In this document: positions 32,801 to 40,749 of the stretch, one piece after another
How positions within the stretch are numbered: the stretch's first letter is position 1
How the letters are laid out: every line of letters starts with the position of its first letter
Notes under the pieces: model-generated
The model's database searches: none
The model's input: the letters and a program-made list of their open reading frames with translations, nothing else
Told to the model about the DNA's origin: nothing
Origin: a virus
Taxonomy: Duplodnaviria > Caudoviricetes
Direction: 5' to 3' (one strand)
Virus record (IMG/VR): IMGVR_UViG_3300033141_000963
Coordinates: 1-56,703 of that record
DNA: 56,703 nucleotides
Position numbers and translations under genes: made by a program

Positions 32801-35800
32801 GCTGCAAATGCTACTGGAATTAATGTTGGTAAAGGTCTTTTATTAACTAATAGTGCTGGTTGTAGTTCACTTATTTCAACTAATCTTGCTATAAGTGGTG
32901 CTTCAACACTTGGTGGTGCAGTCAATAAATACACTGGATGGGATGCTATTCAGGTAACTGGCAGTTTAGTTGTAGAACAAGTTGATTCCTGTACTGTTAG
33001 AATTAGCGGTGTTGATAACTCCTTTCCTATCACGGTAACAGGAAGCACAAACCCATGCACCCTTGGTGCTGACACGGTAGTGCAAGAGACTGCTGGAATT
33101 GTGTTCTCGACAGGACTAAAAACTATAACGTCTGCGGATGGCGTTTCTGTTTCCGCACCATTTTCCGTTTCCGGTGATGGTAGTGCTTGCCGTGGAGAAT
33201 ATTTCGCTCAATCAACTACAACTGGTATAGTAGTTGGTAAAGGCTTGAAGGCAAGTGCAGATGCCTCATGTGCTACTTTAATTGATTTTAATGTAGCTGC
33301 TAGTGGTGGTCCCGGAGATACAAAATTACAAGGCTGGGACGGTATTCAATTTACAGGCAATCTTACTGTTTCATCTATTGACGGTTGTACCATTCGTGTT
33401 AGCGGATCTCAAAGCCCAATTGCTATAACCGGAAGTACGAATCCTTGCACACCAGCAAACGATACTGTTGTCAATTCTGCTGATGGAATAATATTTGGAA
33501 CTGGCCTAAAAACAACACAAGATGCTGATGGCGGTGTCCATGTTAATTCAAAGTTCTACGTTTCGGGCGATGGTGGAGTGTGTGGAGGAACATACGCTGC
33601 TGGGGCACATACGACAGGAATTGTTGTTGGTGCTGGACTAAAGGCAACAAACTCTAGCTGTAGCTCAAATATTGAATTGAATTTCTTGGCATCTCAAGGT
33701 GCTGCTTGTGGTGCTGGGGCTGGTTCTGAATCTGCTATCAGTAAAATGGTTTATGGAACTGGTTTAACATTCACCGCAAATGGATGTACTGGTACACTCC
33801 TATCAAATATTACTGCCAATGGATCTACATATGCTAATCCATGTGATGTTGCAAGCAGATCAGACACTTTTGCTAATAAGCGTTTCCAAAATATTGAGTT
33901 CGCTGGCTACCTCAACTCTGCAATAGACGGTTGTGACGTTGTTGTTAGTGGTGGAAAGTCGCCTATCAATATGGGTCCAGATGGCTCATTATTTGAAGCT
34001 GTTGGATTAGTTGCTGGCAAAAGAATAGATATCACTTCTAGCGGAACATGTACTGGGGTTATTAGTGCAACCTCAATATCTATTACTGGTAGTTCTGATG
34101 AATGTACTGACGCAAGAGATGTAACTGCTAGTGATATTGATGGAATCATATTTGGAACTGGCTTACGAGCAACATCTACTGATGGTGGATTAATTATAGA
34201 CAGTCCATTTGAAGTAGAAGGATTAGGTGTGTGTAGCTCTGCTGCCTATGCCGCATCTCAATCTTCTAAGTTACAATTCGGAAAAGGACTTCTTGTTACC
34301 GAAAATACTGCATGTGAGCAATTAGTACAGTCAAATATTAAAGTATTGGCGACTGGAACTTCTGGCACTTTTGATAATATTGAATTTGTTGGAAATCTAT
34401 CGACAACTTGGGATGGGTGTGGAGTAACAGTAAGCGGTACATCATCTGCATTGATATCAGTTAGCGGTGATAATTCATGTGGCAAAAGTTACTATAATAA
34501 TGGAAGTGTTACTGGATTGATGTTCAGTACTGGTCTTGCTGTTTCAGAAGATGGTGCTGGCAATGCTGTTATTTCAAGCACGATCAGGGCACAGGGTGGT
34601 GCTATTACTGATGAGTGTGCAGTTCCGCCAACCAGAGATGCTGCATTTGATAGCTTATTCACTAACCTTATCTTTACTGGATATTTAAGTTCATCAACTG
34701 ATGGATGTGATGTAACAATCGAAGGTAAGAGAAGTCCTATAACTATCTCAAAGAGTGGAACATTCTGTGGTACGGAAGTAAGCGAGAGCGGAAATATCAC
34801 TAATCTTAGTATTGGTAGTGGTCTAGCCTTAACAGGTGTTGCAGGTTGCTCCGCTACTTTATTAACAGATATGAAGATTAGTCAGGCCGAAACTTGTAAT
34901 AGAAGTGCTGTACCAGAAGCCTTGTTCACAAACCTAGAGTTTAAAACTGGTCTTGCAATTACCCAAAAGGCTGGTTCATCGTGTACTTGGGAAATCAGTA
35001 ATGTATTTAATGTTGAGGGTAATAATGACTGCGGCTATGGAGGTGGAACAACTTCTGTAAATGGTGTTGAGAAAATAGTATTCTCATCAGGCTTGGCAAT
35101 TCAGGATGATGGAAATTGTCAAGTAACTGTTACTTCTAAAAAGCTAGTCGGTGGAGGCGGAAGCAATGGATGTTTAGGCGGAACCGCTTCTCCTGTTCCG
35201 TTTGACACACTATTATTCTCTGGACTTAGTGTTTCAACAGACGGATGTACCACAACAATTGGTGGTCCAACACTAACTGTTGCACACAATGGTTCTTGTA
35301 ACTCAAGCACACTGGCTACATCTTGCTTTAATAATCTTATATTCTCTACGGGTATTAAGATTGAAGGAAGCAACGGAACCTACGAAGTTGCAGGTGGAAT
35401 CGAATTCCTTAAAACAGGGTGTGGTGCTCCTTCAAATATCAATAATTATAGCAACTTTGCAAATGTGATAGTCGGAGAAGGTCTTAATGCACGAGATGTT
35501 GGCTTATGTACTGTAAAAATTGATGCCGGTCTATCTGGTATTAGAAGTGGTAGTCAAATTCGCGGCCAGCAAGTCAACTGTGGAACACCAAGTGCGGTTC
35601 CTCCGGGGACTTGTAGTACTGATTGCTTGGCTGCTGGGTATGAAGGTCCATTTGACGATAGAAGCATACCTTTGGCTGTTAATGGTCTTTATTCTGGTCC
35701 GGGTATTGGATTTGCTTCATGTGAAGGCGATTGTGATCTTATTATATTCCAAAATAGTGCTGTATCTGGACTTAACAATACCTGTGGTGGCGAGCTTGGT

Positions 35801-36130
35801 CTTCAGGTTTACTCAACATACTTCTCAAATGCATTTACAATCAACGGAAATAAAGGTGTTGACCTAACAACCAATACCCCTGTTGATGGTGCAACATTCA
35901 GTCATGGTGTTAATGTATTCATGAATGAGGGCGGTGGAGCTTGGAATTGCAGTCTTGTTACTGGAGTTGAGTTTGAACAAACCAAAGTCGATGGATATGT
36001 GACAAATGTAACTGTAACACCATTATTCGGAGTCCTTGGTGGTTCAAGCACATGTGATCCGGGTGATGCGACATCTAAAGATCTGCCGGGAGAGTCCAAA
36101 AAATTCTGGGTAACAACTATTCCATGCTAA
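26825..36130 (+). CDS. Giant tail-tip protein: hub-like N-terminal ~1130 aa plus Cys-rich repeat fibre (3101 aa)
   Basis: SD AAGGA; hub-like N-terminus (ITDPR, ELVTQVCQDAGCDFYV); after WPVAPVDLR..RGVW (30167) come ~40-45-aa repeats with [IL]xF[GS]xGL and Cys. Confidence 0.7.
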   Translation: MAINNCTPPRIFGPPAQTLFLGASVKDFTLTAGWNEQASNLTVTLVEDTRCAGNKVYWDENLNRQSGVMVDPGFVEPEPGSAVYFRMEEDPRAEDASDRKGIEYAGLVQSWTKAYNNQGNPVYTVQITDPRIVLQNTQVVVNNYAGATAGVPNLLNAYAFTEGQVRGSDICGSSPVGRFGGVTFDGTPGFPANARGMAWNDIKCAIHTLTSCPNAAIAQGFYGSYLNGSRIRYIEGADLSYGTIRTNDGYMVDLSDVPFAPTDYRISGPTLSVMELVTQVCQDAGCDFYVEYQPTKNGSTIYNIIKIRTAQRQNQPAMGALQTFIDQQSGLAEEAQGGIISWTEGEEVRNEDTSIYLIGGEQRFDLEITNLGMLPYWGLDNDGALIQAQVAAGEYQVRLDVRRLNGSLYTSFATSFIWVSESELRAALGDFDAWKHVTLAKGLGVATHFASIKQQKFLSAEKIQQAADGEIPAHGLVIPSIDATSNDNDPNNSSAKDVTKIYDFIKSFADEFYGKQFIAATDFICYVPDTDANKFKYSHEPSTEGCWIDGGTVIGLDVTSSAADFFTSNDGRFQPIIRYPYSAGFTYAGAGGSLVADPSNLGDNNYITNGTYIWQKADIDTRIIFGNPQAPGNGVPGMLLKVGAPVYNTTSRDTGGTDGVDQNQAGADFLAEETGGAGLTVPSWRDRSAFSLSMVGNAISPDAAMVPIWSHVDVYGPWGVAGPPGQTRVVNDDSFVPWEFGSASLMAAAAIDKVSNATTSMLKGERGTVQIAGFLGRPLGSELLAAPGNNDYIESRTPSFTQCADAVAYTYLSKPGWQGSNGPNITNINVGVGANGFTTEYQFSTYTPRFGRFDKDNADRLKQIGQQRLAQARNARAKQALAQQITAAVSNIRQRINDQLGKSARAPKSASHMFIGGFAGERNESFTLNAKEASLTFPNDAKYAESAMMSIDGLIRPVSKAGDGSLPRFINYTESTCSGNVNQSIAPDGPKYTYSGIKVSQDFLDPLSNPGEGVSVRDTAASGHDIEILGRNTSAPPSGWAIAEGEEEGSTGYADDYRFFAMRGPLVLQGWGYDTAGKPVPNASDSDANAEAGTFTTSSLQDEFLAGFLKKPKTWPVAPVDLRLDRKRGVWTVPPPPRNLHVNATGSCLSEDTIASVTNAQTTYDDTGGTVDNDIKITASPWDVELPKAVGKIPVYYDTSDCKYYPFPVNRLDITSSGVGGTGTAGYFDRFSDVKHIVFASGFSGISLTSGCDNTVYIHAIQQTGDTVENLAQYKQNTSPFWPDSISSSCSGNLPTTVDSCSGTDCLTIGKGLTLSVDGTGLLLDSWQFIEDIGYTCSAGSFTSGSLGCNPYNSLQIGSGLVVSEETADSVYTINSLIDVYGRTVTTCVNPTGPTARVANAAEHGLDFVGWLSTSVDSSTCRVRVSGVEPTIRVLNTPTCPASESPTDLGLANSIVFTTGLKATIDGCRATVTSTFGVEGFDNNCDQNVSTYTPITGISFSTGLNVWDDGCGRVKVASTLFISGKPVCNELSPGVGRNPYYYSNTPTGLVFGKGIKIVEADSPVFCQPNISVSLHVSGTNSYTNLKEKISDWDALIFTGNLSVDSTDACTVTISGDNRISFSGEENCGQSKVADFLQRRLIASTGLMIEQQAEGAVISSNFIANGYSDACIQTPSEEITDVRIRELSFGTGLIFTTGLCSATIDSPYFIKTTGDCRGTSYERTTTGLRIGAGLRVDGIGCNPLISANLFASGAAGAGGAIQKIQGWNNIQVTGDIYVEQIDDCTIQISGAAGGGEVAVTGSTNACVWSADTTNNSIEGIIFGTGLSTTVSGNSIHVNSRFGVTGTPDGCRGEYYSDRNITGIEVGRGLALSSNASCRPILRSNIYASGASSAGGAVDVKTAAWDAIQFTGNLTTTYSASDCKIVVSGVNTSSIAVTGSDDPCTVNQNTKNNDIAGFLFGTGLKVTDDGGLINVNSRFLVGGVKDGCRGTEVNAANATGINVGKGLLLTNSAGCSSLISTNLAISGASTLGGAVNKYTGWDAIQVTGSLVVEQVDSCTVRISGVDNSFPITVTGSTNPCTLGADTVVQETAGIVFSTGLKTITSADGVSVSAPFSVSGDGSACRGEYFAQSTTTGIVVGKGLKASADASCATLIDFNVAASGGPGDTKLQGWDGIQFTGNLTVSSIDGCTIRVSGSQSPIAITGSTNPCTPANDTVVNSADGIIFGTGLKTTQDADGGVHVNSKFYVSGDGGVCGGTYAAGAHTTGIVVGAGLKATNSSCSSNIELNFLASQGAACGAGAGSESAISKMVYGTGLTFTANGCTGTLLSNITANGSTYANPCDVASRSDTFANKRFQNIEFAGYLNSAIDGCDVVVSGGKSPINMGPDGSLFEAVGLVAGKRIDITSSGTCTGVISATSISITGSSDECTDARDVTASDIDGIIFGTGLRATSTDGGLIIDSPFEVEGLGVCSSAAYAASQSSKLQFGKGLLVTENTACEQLVQSNIKVLATGTSGTFDNIEFVGNLSTTWDGCGVTVSGTSSALISVSGDNSCGKSYYNNGSVTGLMFSTGLAVSEDGAGNAVISSTIRAQGGAITDECAVPPTRDAAFDSLFTNLIFTGYLSSSTDGCDVTIEGKRSPITISKSGTFCGTEVSESGNITNLSIGSGLALTGVAGCSATLLTDMKISQAETCNRSAVPEALFTNLEFKTGLAITQKAGSSCTWEISNVFNVEGNNDCGYGGGTTSVNGVEKIVFSSGLAIQDDGNCQVTVTSKKLVGGGGSNGCLGGTASPVPFDTLLFSGLSVSTDGCTTTIGGPTLTVAHNGSCNSSTLATSCFNNLIFSTGIKIEGSNGTYEVAGGIEFLKTGCGAPSNINNYSNFANVIVGEGLNARDVGLCTVKIDAGLSGIRSGSQIRGQQVNCGTPSAVPPGTCSTDCLAAGYEGPFDDRSIPLAVNGLYSGPGIGFASCEGDCDLIIFQNSAVSGLNNTCGGELGLQVYSTYFSNAFTINGNKGVDLTTNTPVDGATFSHGVNVFMNEGGGAWNCSLVTGVEFEQTKVDGYVTNVTVTPLFGVLGGSSTCDPGDATSKDLPGESKKFWVTTIPC
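30700..35530 (+). repeat. Degenerate coding repeats of ~40-45 aa with a ~130-137-aa three-unit super-repeat in the centre
   Basis: [VI]TGS[TDS]xxC units start at 32216, 32627, 33035, 33425 (spacings 411, 408, 390 nt) and 34082; WDAIQFTG-type unit recurs five times. Outer boundaries approximate. Confidence 0.8.
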
Positions 36131-36171
36131 CCTGTAATCGGTGTAGTATATAATATAAGGAGGACTTAAAA

Positions 36172-36492
36172 ATGACACAAGAAGGTTCAAAAGCACATCT
36201 GCAAGAAGTTGTAGATTATTTAGAGAAAGAAGAAGATATAAAACTGGAAAACTTCAAACATAAAGACCCAGAAGGCGTTGGTGATAGTCTTGAAAGAGCA
36301 TTTGCAAAGTTCGGAGTCACTGAAGAAACAGTAGAAAAATTTTCAGGTATTGGGGGATGTGGATGTCAAAAGGTTAAGAAGTTTCTTAATCAGATTTTCC
36401 CATACAGAAAGAAAGATGAGTCTGCTGCTGAAGAACCACCTCAAGAAAATTCAGGCGGTGGCGGTGGCGGTAGCGGCGGCGGTGCAAAGTAG
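36172..36492 (+). CDS. Small phage protein with GxGD...CGC...LN motif (106 aa)
   Basis: Strong SD AAGGAGG; GVGDSLE...GGCGCQKVKKFLN; poly-Gly tail. Confidence 0.75.
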   Translation: MTQEGSKAHLQEVVDYLEKEEDIKLENFKHKDPEGVGDSLERAFAKFGVTEETVEKFSGIGGCGCQKVKKFLNQIFPYRKKDESAAEEPPQENSGGGGGGSGGGAK

Positions 36493-36527
36493 AAATAAAA
36501 AAGGGGCTGGCTATTTAACCAACCCCT
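36493..36527 (-). terminator. Intrinsic terminator between the convergent arms
   Basis: On - strand AGGGGTTGG-TTAAATAG-CCAGCCCCT then TTTTTATTT; U:G pair works on - strand (C:A mismatch on +); a T-run also follows on +, so possibly bidirectional. Confidence 0.75.
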
Positions 36528-36555
36528 CCTTTTAAAAAAATATAGTATTAATACA

Positions 36556-36945
36556 CTATGACTTTTTAAAGATATACCAGCCGTTGTTTGGCAACCATCC
36601 ATTATGACTATCTGCATAGTCTTTTTCATCTGATCTCTGAGACTGCTGTGTTTCAGAGAGATGGTTCCATCGCGTTTTTGGATAGATGTCTCCACTTTTG
36701 CCTTTAACTGTGCTGTATACAAGTTTTGCACCACAGTCTTTAAAGTTTTGGCAAACAATTTCTAGCCAGTCATTCTCATCTTTGTCTTTTCGACAAACGA
36801 AATTAAACTTTCTACCATTACATCTTCCACACTTCTCATGCTTAAAGATTTCTGTGATTCTAGAAAGAGCTTTGAAGGCATCAACTTCCTTCTCTACTTC
36901 TTCCTCAATCCACACTCCATCTCCTATTTGAACTTTTACTAACAT
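36556..36945 (-). CDS. Zinc-finger hypothetical protein (129 aa)
   Basis: CGRC...C-x5-C; TAATG coupled to upstream gene. Confidence 0.7.
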   Translation of the reverse strand: MLVKVQIGDGVWIEEEVEKEVDAFKALSRITEIFKHEKCGRCNGRKFNFVCRKDKDENDWLEIVCQNFKDCGAKLVYSTVKGKSGDIYPKTRWNHLSETQQSQRSDEKDYADSHNGWLPNNGWYIFKKS

Positions 36946-37655
36946 TATTTAGCTCCGAATGTTTCTTCCCAATTATCATTATAACCAGATAGGTCATCTG
37001 GAGTACCTTCACGTTGATACCCAGACAGTTTATTAATCATCAACCGTCCCTCTAGGTTCTTGATATCCCGAATTGATTTAGGATCGTCACTATTAGCTTT
37101 AACGAAACTAACCAAATCTACATTATTCCTTTTGCACAAAGTCTTGATTGCTACGATTTGCTGATCGTTAATAGGTTCGTCGGTGTTGAACTCTTCATCA
37201 GACTCAGATGAGATTTCTTCAGCAGTTTGAACCCTGATCTTCAATGCACGCCTCAAAGCCTTTCCTTCAGCCTTAGTACATGCAGTAGCAACAAGATGTT
37301 TATTAAATGGTGCAGGAATCGTATCACCAAGAACATCAACGCAAGCACTGACAACAATTTCTGTGCCATTAAACTTACGAATAACAAGAGTATGTTTTGC
37401 AGTAACTTTACCGATATACTTTTGCTTTGGAATTTCTAAGATGTCTGTATCCGATCTAACAATCTCACCATATAGTTTTTCTGTAACTCTTCTAAGTCCA
37501 TCAGTTGTTGGATTGCCATCTAGTAGCTCATGATCTGAAAGTTCATCTAAGATATAATCAACCCACTTAGGATCAGTAGGATTAACCTTAAAGTCATTAA
37601 TCTCAAGAGCACCATCCTCAACAACTTCTTCCACAATGTCCTGAATCTTTGTCAT
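36945..37655 (-). CDS. Rad52/Sak-like single-strand annealing protein (236 aa)
   Basis: DGLRR...beta strands...ATACTKAEGKALRRAL helix resembles the Rad52-fold; C-terminal INDQQI..I..L helical domain as in annealases. Confidence 0.55.
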   Translation of the reverse strand: MTKIQDIVEEVVEDGALEINDFKVNPTDPKWVDYILDELSDHELLDGNPTTDGLRRVTEKLYGEIVRSDTDILEIPKQKYIGKVTAKHTLVIRKFNGTEIVVSACVDVLGDTIPAPFNKHLVATACTKAEGKALRRALKIRVQTAEEISSESDEEFNTDEPINDQQIVAIKTLCKRNNVDLVSFVKANSDDPKSIRDIKNLEGRLMINKLSGYQREGTPDDLSGYNDNWEETFGAK

Positions 37656-38446
37656 ATTTCAAAATACCTTTCATTCTTCTTAGGAAAATTATCTCTTACT
37701 TTTTCTAATATGTTTAAAACAGAGGAAGCTACATTCCTGAACTGCCTTTGAGAATCTCTTTTAACCAATTTTACTCTGATAAGTACCATATCGGCAGATA
37801 AAATTAATCCATTTTTCTGTGTATCAGCAGCCATTCTTTTTTGTAACTTTTCTTCACCACGTATAGGCTCGAAGTGCATAGGTCCATCAATCTCAATAGC
37901 TGTCCTGCAATCCCTAACATAAAGGTCAATATGGAACTTCTCATTCTGTAACAAGTGTTCCTTATGCTTATCCACTTTATAACCTTCTTCAATCAAGAAA
38001 TCGAACAGGTATTTCTCCATTTTAGACCCGTTTCTAGATGCCTCCTGCATTGCCTCTGACGATCTTTTAAAAAAGTGCGTCTTCTCATGCTCTGTTTTTT
38101 TATTCCAAGATTCTGTGCCTATTTGTGACCTATATTCTCTCTCTTCGTCAGTCATAGAATCCCAGACTTTCCCCTGACTCTCACTGATTTTCATCTTAGT
38201 TTCCGCTGATTGTTTTTTACCAGCAGTAGGATGCTCAACCTTTCCTTCCGAGAGAGCTATTTTCTGTGCATCTGATTTACTTCTGGATTCAATTCCAAGT
38301 TTCTTGGCATCTCTACGAACTCTATTTGGGTATGTACCCAGCATATCTGCTATTTCTTTCCAGCTTTTATTTCCATTGGAATAATACTTCGTATAATATG
38401 CCAGCCTTATAGAATCTAAATCAGTAAAAAATGTTTCTTTAGCCAT
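37652..38446 (-). CDS. Free-standing homing-type endonuclease: HTH + NUMOD3-like repeats + Vsr/DUF559-like nuclease
   Basis: HTH (SWKEIADMLG), GKKQSAETKMKISES, catalytic HIDLY...AIEIDG..H; start 38446 (TAATG overlap, SD AAAGGTGA). Confidence 0.7.
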   Translation of the reverse strand: MAKETFFTDLDSIRLAYYTKYYSNGNKSWKEIADMLGTYPNRVRRDAKKLGIESRSKSDAQKIALSEGKVEHPTAGKKQSAETKMKISESQGKVWDSMTDEEREYRSQIGTESWNKKTEHEKTHFFKRSSEAMQEASRNGSKMEKYLFDFLIEEGYKVDKHKEHLLQNEKFHIDLYVRDCRTAIEIDGPMHFEPIRGEEKLQKRMAADTQKNGLILSADMVLIRVKLVKRDSQRQFRNVASSVLNILEKVRDNFPKKNERYFEI

Positions 38447-38889
38447 TATATCACCTTTAACAATTCTGAAGCTCTCCAATTATAAACTACTTTATCAACA
38501 GGTCTAAATAGTTTTGAAACAACTTCTTTGTGCTTTTCGCTTCTAACAACAACCTCTAATTGCGTATTCAAGAAAAGATTGCTAACCTGTTGTGCTTGAA
38601 AGTTTTGTAGCTTGGTCCATTCTAAATCCTGAAGATACAATAGCTTCTTTTTTGGGGTCATTGATTTCGCAACGACTTGTGAAGATAACATGTCAGTCGC
38701 TATCAATGTTCCTTGATGGGACATAGCTTCTATTTGTTGCAAGATAGTAAATTTATTTTTAATTGGCAATTGCCTGACTCCGTTTGAAAAAACAAAAACA
38801 GGCATTTGGTCTGATAGTTTATTTAGTTCCCTAAACATAACGTAGAATTTAGGGTTGTTGATAATTTCTTCGGTTACGATTCCTATCAT
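38446..38889 (-). CDS. Glycosyltransferase-like single-domain protein
   Basis: GTLIATD...KKLLYLQDLEW...VVVRSE pattern resembles a GT-B N-terminal half; start 38889 by ATGA overlap. Confidence 0.45.
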   Translation of the reverse strand: MIGIVTEEIINNPKFYVMFRELNKLSDQMPVFVFSNGVRQLPIKNKFTILQQIEAMSHQGTLIATDMLSSQVVAKSMTPKKKLLYLQDLEWTKLQNFQAQQVSNLFLNTQLEVVVRSEKHKEVVSKLFRPVDKVVYNWRASELLKVI

Positions 38890-39665
38890 TTGTAAAGTTC
38901 CTCTATTAATTTGACGCAAAAATCTGTATATGTTTCAAAGGTTGCTTTTTCCACATTCTTTTCTAAAAGATTGCCGCAAACACTCTCAAGTTGCTCATAA
39001 TTAGCAAACTCAAATTCACCTAATCCAACCCACAATTTATTGCCGTTATTCCACATGAGAGGTGCTTTACCATTAGATATTGCTGTATTAAACCACTCTT
39101 CATTAAACATAAGAACAACCTTAGTGGATGCAATTAAGTTTTTATATTCAAGTCTATTAACAGATCCTAAGTAATAAAGAGATGGTAGTCTATTATTACC
39201 ATAAGCCTTGACCTTGTACTTATTACCAAGTGAATCAATCATTCTGGTAATATAGGTATTTGAAACATCATGACCATCAGTAATTAAAAGCACATCACTC
39301 TGATATACTTCATTCATAGTACCGTCACAGTGCCATTGATTTACAAGGTAATCCAGATACATCCCTTGAGTATTTTTGTCTGAAAGATGAATTACTTTGT
39401 CATAAGCATCGTATTCAACACCTGCCTTATCTGTTATTACGACAAACTTGGTTGCCGGAAAATCTTTTTTAGCATATCTAACATGTTCTGGATTCTCTGT
39501 GCCGTTTAGAAATACAATAGTCGGGTTCTTTTCTTCTAATAAAGAAAACAATGGAGTAGTTCCATCAACCCAATGGCTATTTTGTTCAACGATTTCCATT
39601 GACTCTGCAAGATGCAGAATTCTTTGATCCGCTGTTGCAGGATGATAAAAATATATACTTTTCAT
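38886..39665 (-). CDS. Glycosyltransferase-like protein (CgeB/GT-B-like, 259 aa)
   Basis: YQSDVLLI...KVKAYG...YLG......YKNLIASTKVVL pattern; in GT operon. Confidence 0.5.
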   Translation of the reverse strand: MKSIYFYHPATADQRILHLAESMEIVEQNSHWVDGTTPLFSLLEEKNPTIVFLNGTENPEHVRYAKKDFPATKFVVITDKAGVEYDAYDKVIHLSDKNTQGMYLDYLVNQWHCDGTMNEVYQSDVLLITDGHDVSNTYITRMIDSLGNKYKVKAYGNNRLPSLYYLGSVNRLEYKNLIASTKVVLMFNEEWFNTAISNGKAPLMWNNGNKLWVGLGEFEFANYEQLESVCGNLLEKNVEKATFETYTDFCVKLIEELYK

Positions 39666-40366
39666 ATTACTTCTTTTACCTTTTCTAAATCCTTTGAGCT
39701 ATCAATATCAATAATCTTAGCGTCATCATCACTACAAGCAGAGATGACACCTCCATTACTTATAAGTTCATTTATTGCCTCGAATCCAAACATATTGTAA
39801 TTGTCTGGACACCAGCATATCTTTTTAAATATTTCCAATTCCCTATTTTTCAGGAAGATGAGTTGGCCCCACTTATTATCTAGGTCATACATAAGGTTCT
39901 CAATCTTTCCTTTATTGTTTACTATGCACCCAACTTCTGAGTTTTTCATAATGTTAGTGCCAGTAAACAAAGATGTCTTGTTAAAATTCATATTCTCAAG
40001 AGCTTCAGAATTAAATACAAGATCACCATATAGAACTAGAACATCCCTTTTGCAAGCACGAAGTCCCATACCAATAGACCTCACAACATTTGTGGACTCA
40101 TAATGCTCATTCTCTACTTTAACAATATCTGATGGAGTATTGTTCATTAGAGTAATCGCTTCAAATCCACATACCAAGATAATATTAGCATTTGGTATTA
40201 ATGCCTTGATTATTCTTAGCTGGTTGTCAATTATTCTAGACCCATCTTTTAATTTAATCAGCGGCTTAGGCCCATAAGACTTCATTCTTTTACCTAGCCC
40301 AGCCGCAGGAATAACGACATCTATTGGTGTTTTTTCATCTATATTTTTTATGTATTTAATACTCAT
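39662..40366 (-). CDS. Nucleotidyltransferase, NTP_transferase/LicC-like (234 aa)
   Basis: IPAAGLGKRM...PKPL, N..Y..TN...S, LYGDLVF, IDIDS..DL motifs. Confidence 0.85.
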   Translation of the reverse strand: MSIKYIKNIDEKTPIDVVIPAAGLGKRMKSYGPKPLIKLKDGSRIIDNQLRIIKALIPNANIILVCGFEAITLMNNTPSDIVKVENEHYESTNVVRSIGMGLRACKRDVLVLYGDLVFNSEALENMNFNKTSLFTGTNIMKNSEVGCIVNNKGKIENLMYDLDNKWGQLIFLKNRELEIFKKICWCPDNYNMFGFEAINELISNGGVISACSDDDAKIIDIDSSKDLEKVKEVI

Positions 40367-40749
40367 GCACTAAATCCGAAGTAAGGATCTGCTACATGCT
40401 CAATCTTAAATCCATTGTTTATATACGACTGAGCAACCGAAATCAGTTTATTATTTGGGTTTACTGATATCTGAAATCCAGACACCTTTTTAATAAAATA
40501 CGGGTTGTCATTGATATCGTTAGCAGGAGCACTAACGTATACCCTCATCCCATTATCGAAAATTTCATGATCCGTTGTTACAATTCCAACGCTAGGATCA
40601 TTTTCAAAGACATCTTTAATCCGACCAAAGAATCCCTGCAACTCGAATGATTTATTTGACAATACAAATACTTCACCTTCTTGCAAGCTACTCCACTGAG
40701 ATTCTAAGTTGTCAATCTCTACAATCTTTATTTCTTCATCGAAGGACAT
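40363..40749 (-). CDS. Degenerate GT-A (family 2)-like fragment (128 aa)
   Basis: F..DPSVGIVTTD and C-terminal KIEHVADP resemble GT2; no clear DxD. Confidence 0.4.
   Translation of the reverse strand: MSFDEEIKIVEIDNLESQWSSLQEGEVFVLSNKSFELQGFFGRIKDVFENDPSVGIVTTDHEIFDNGMRVYVSAPANDINDNPYFIKKVSGFQISVNPNNKLISVAQSYINNGFKIEHVADPYFGFSA

Noticed and set aside
30260-36130. Diversity-generating retroelement or invertible cassette at the fibre
   Set aside because: No reverse transcriptase or recombinase in the window; repeats are old protein-level duplications, not near-identical TR/VR pairs.
8396-36130. Contractile injection system, tailocin or bacterial chromosomal locus
   Set aside because: No sheath gene; linked to phage-type replication genes; no host housekeeping genes, integrase or att site seen.
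36454-36483. GC-rich GGY repeat
   Set aside because: Simply encodes the poly-Gly tail of the 106-aa protein.
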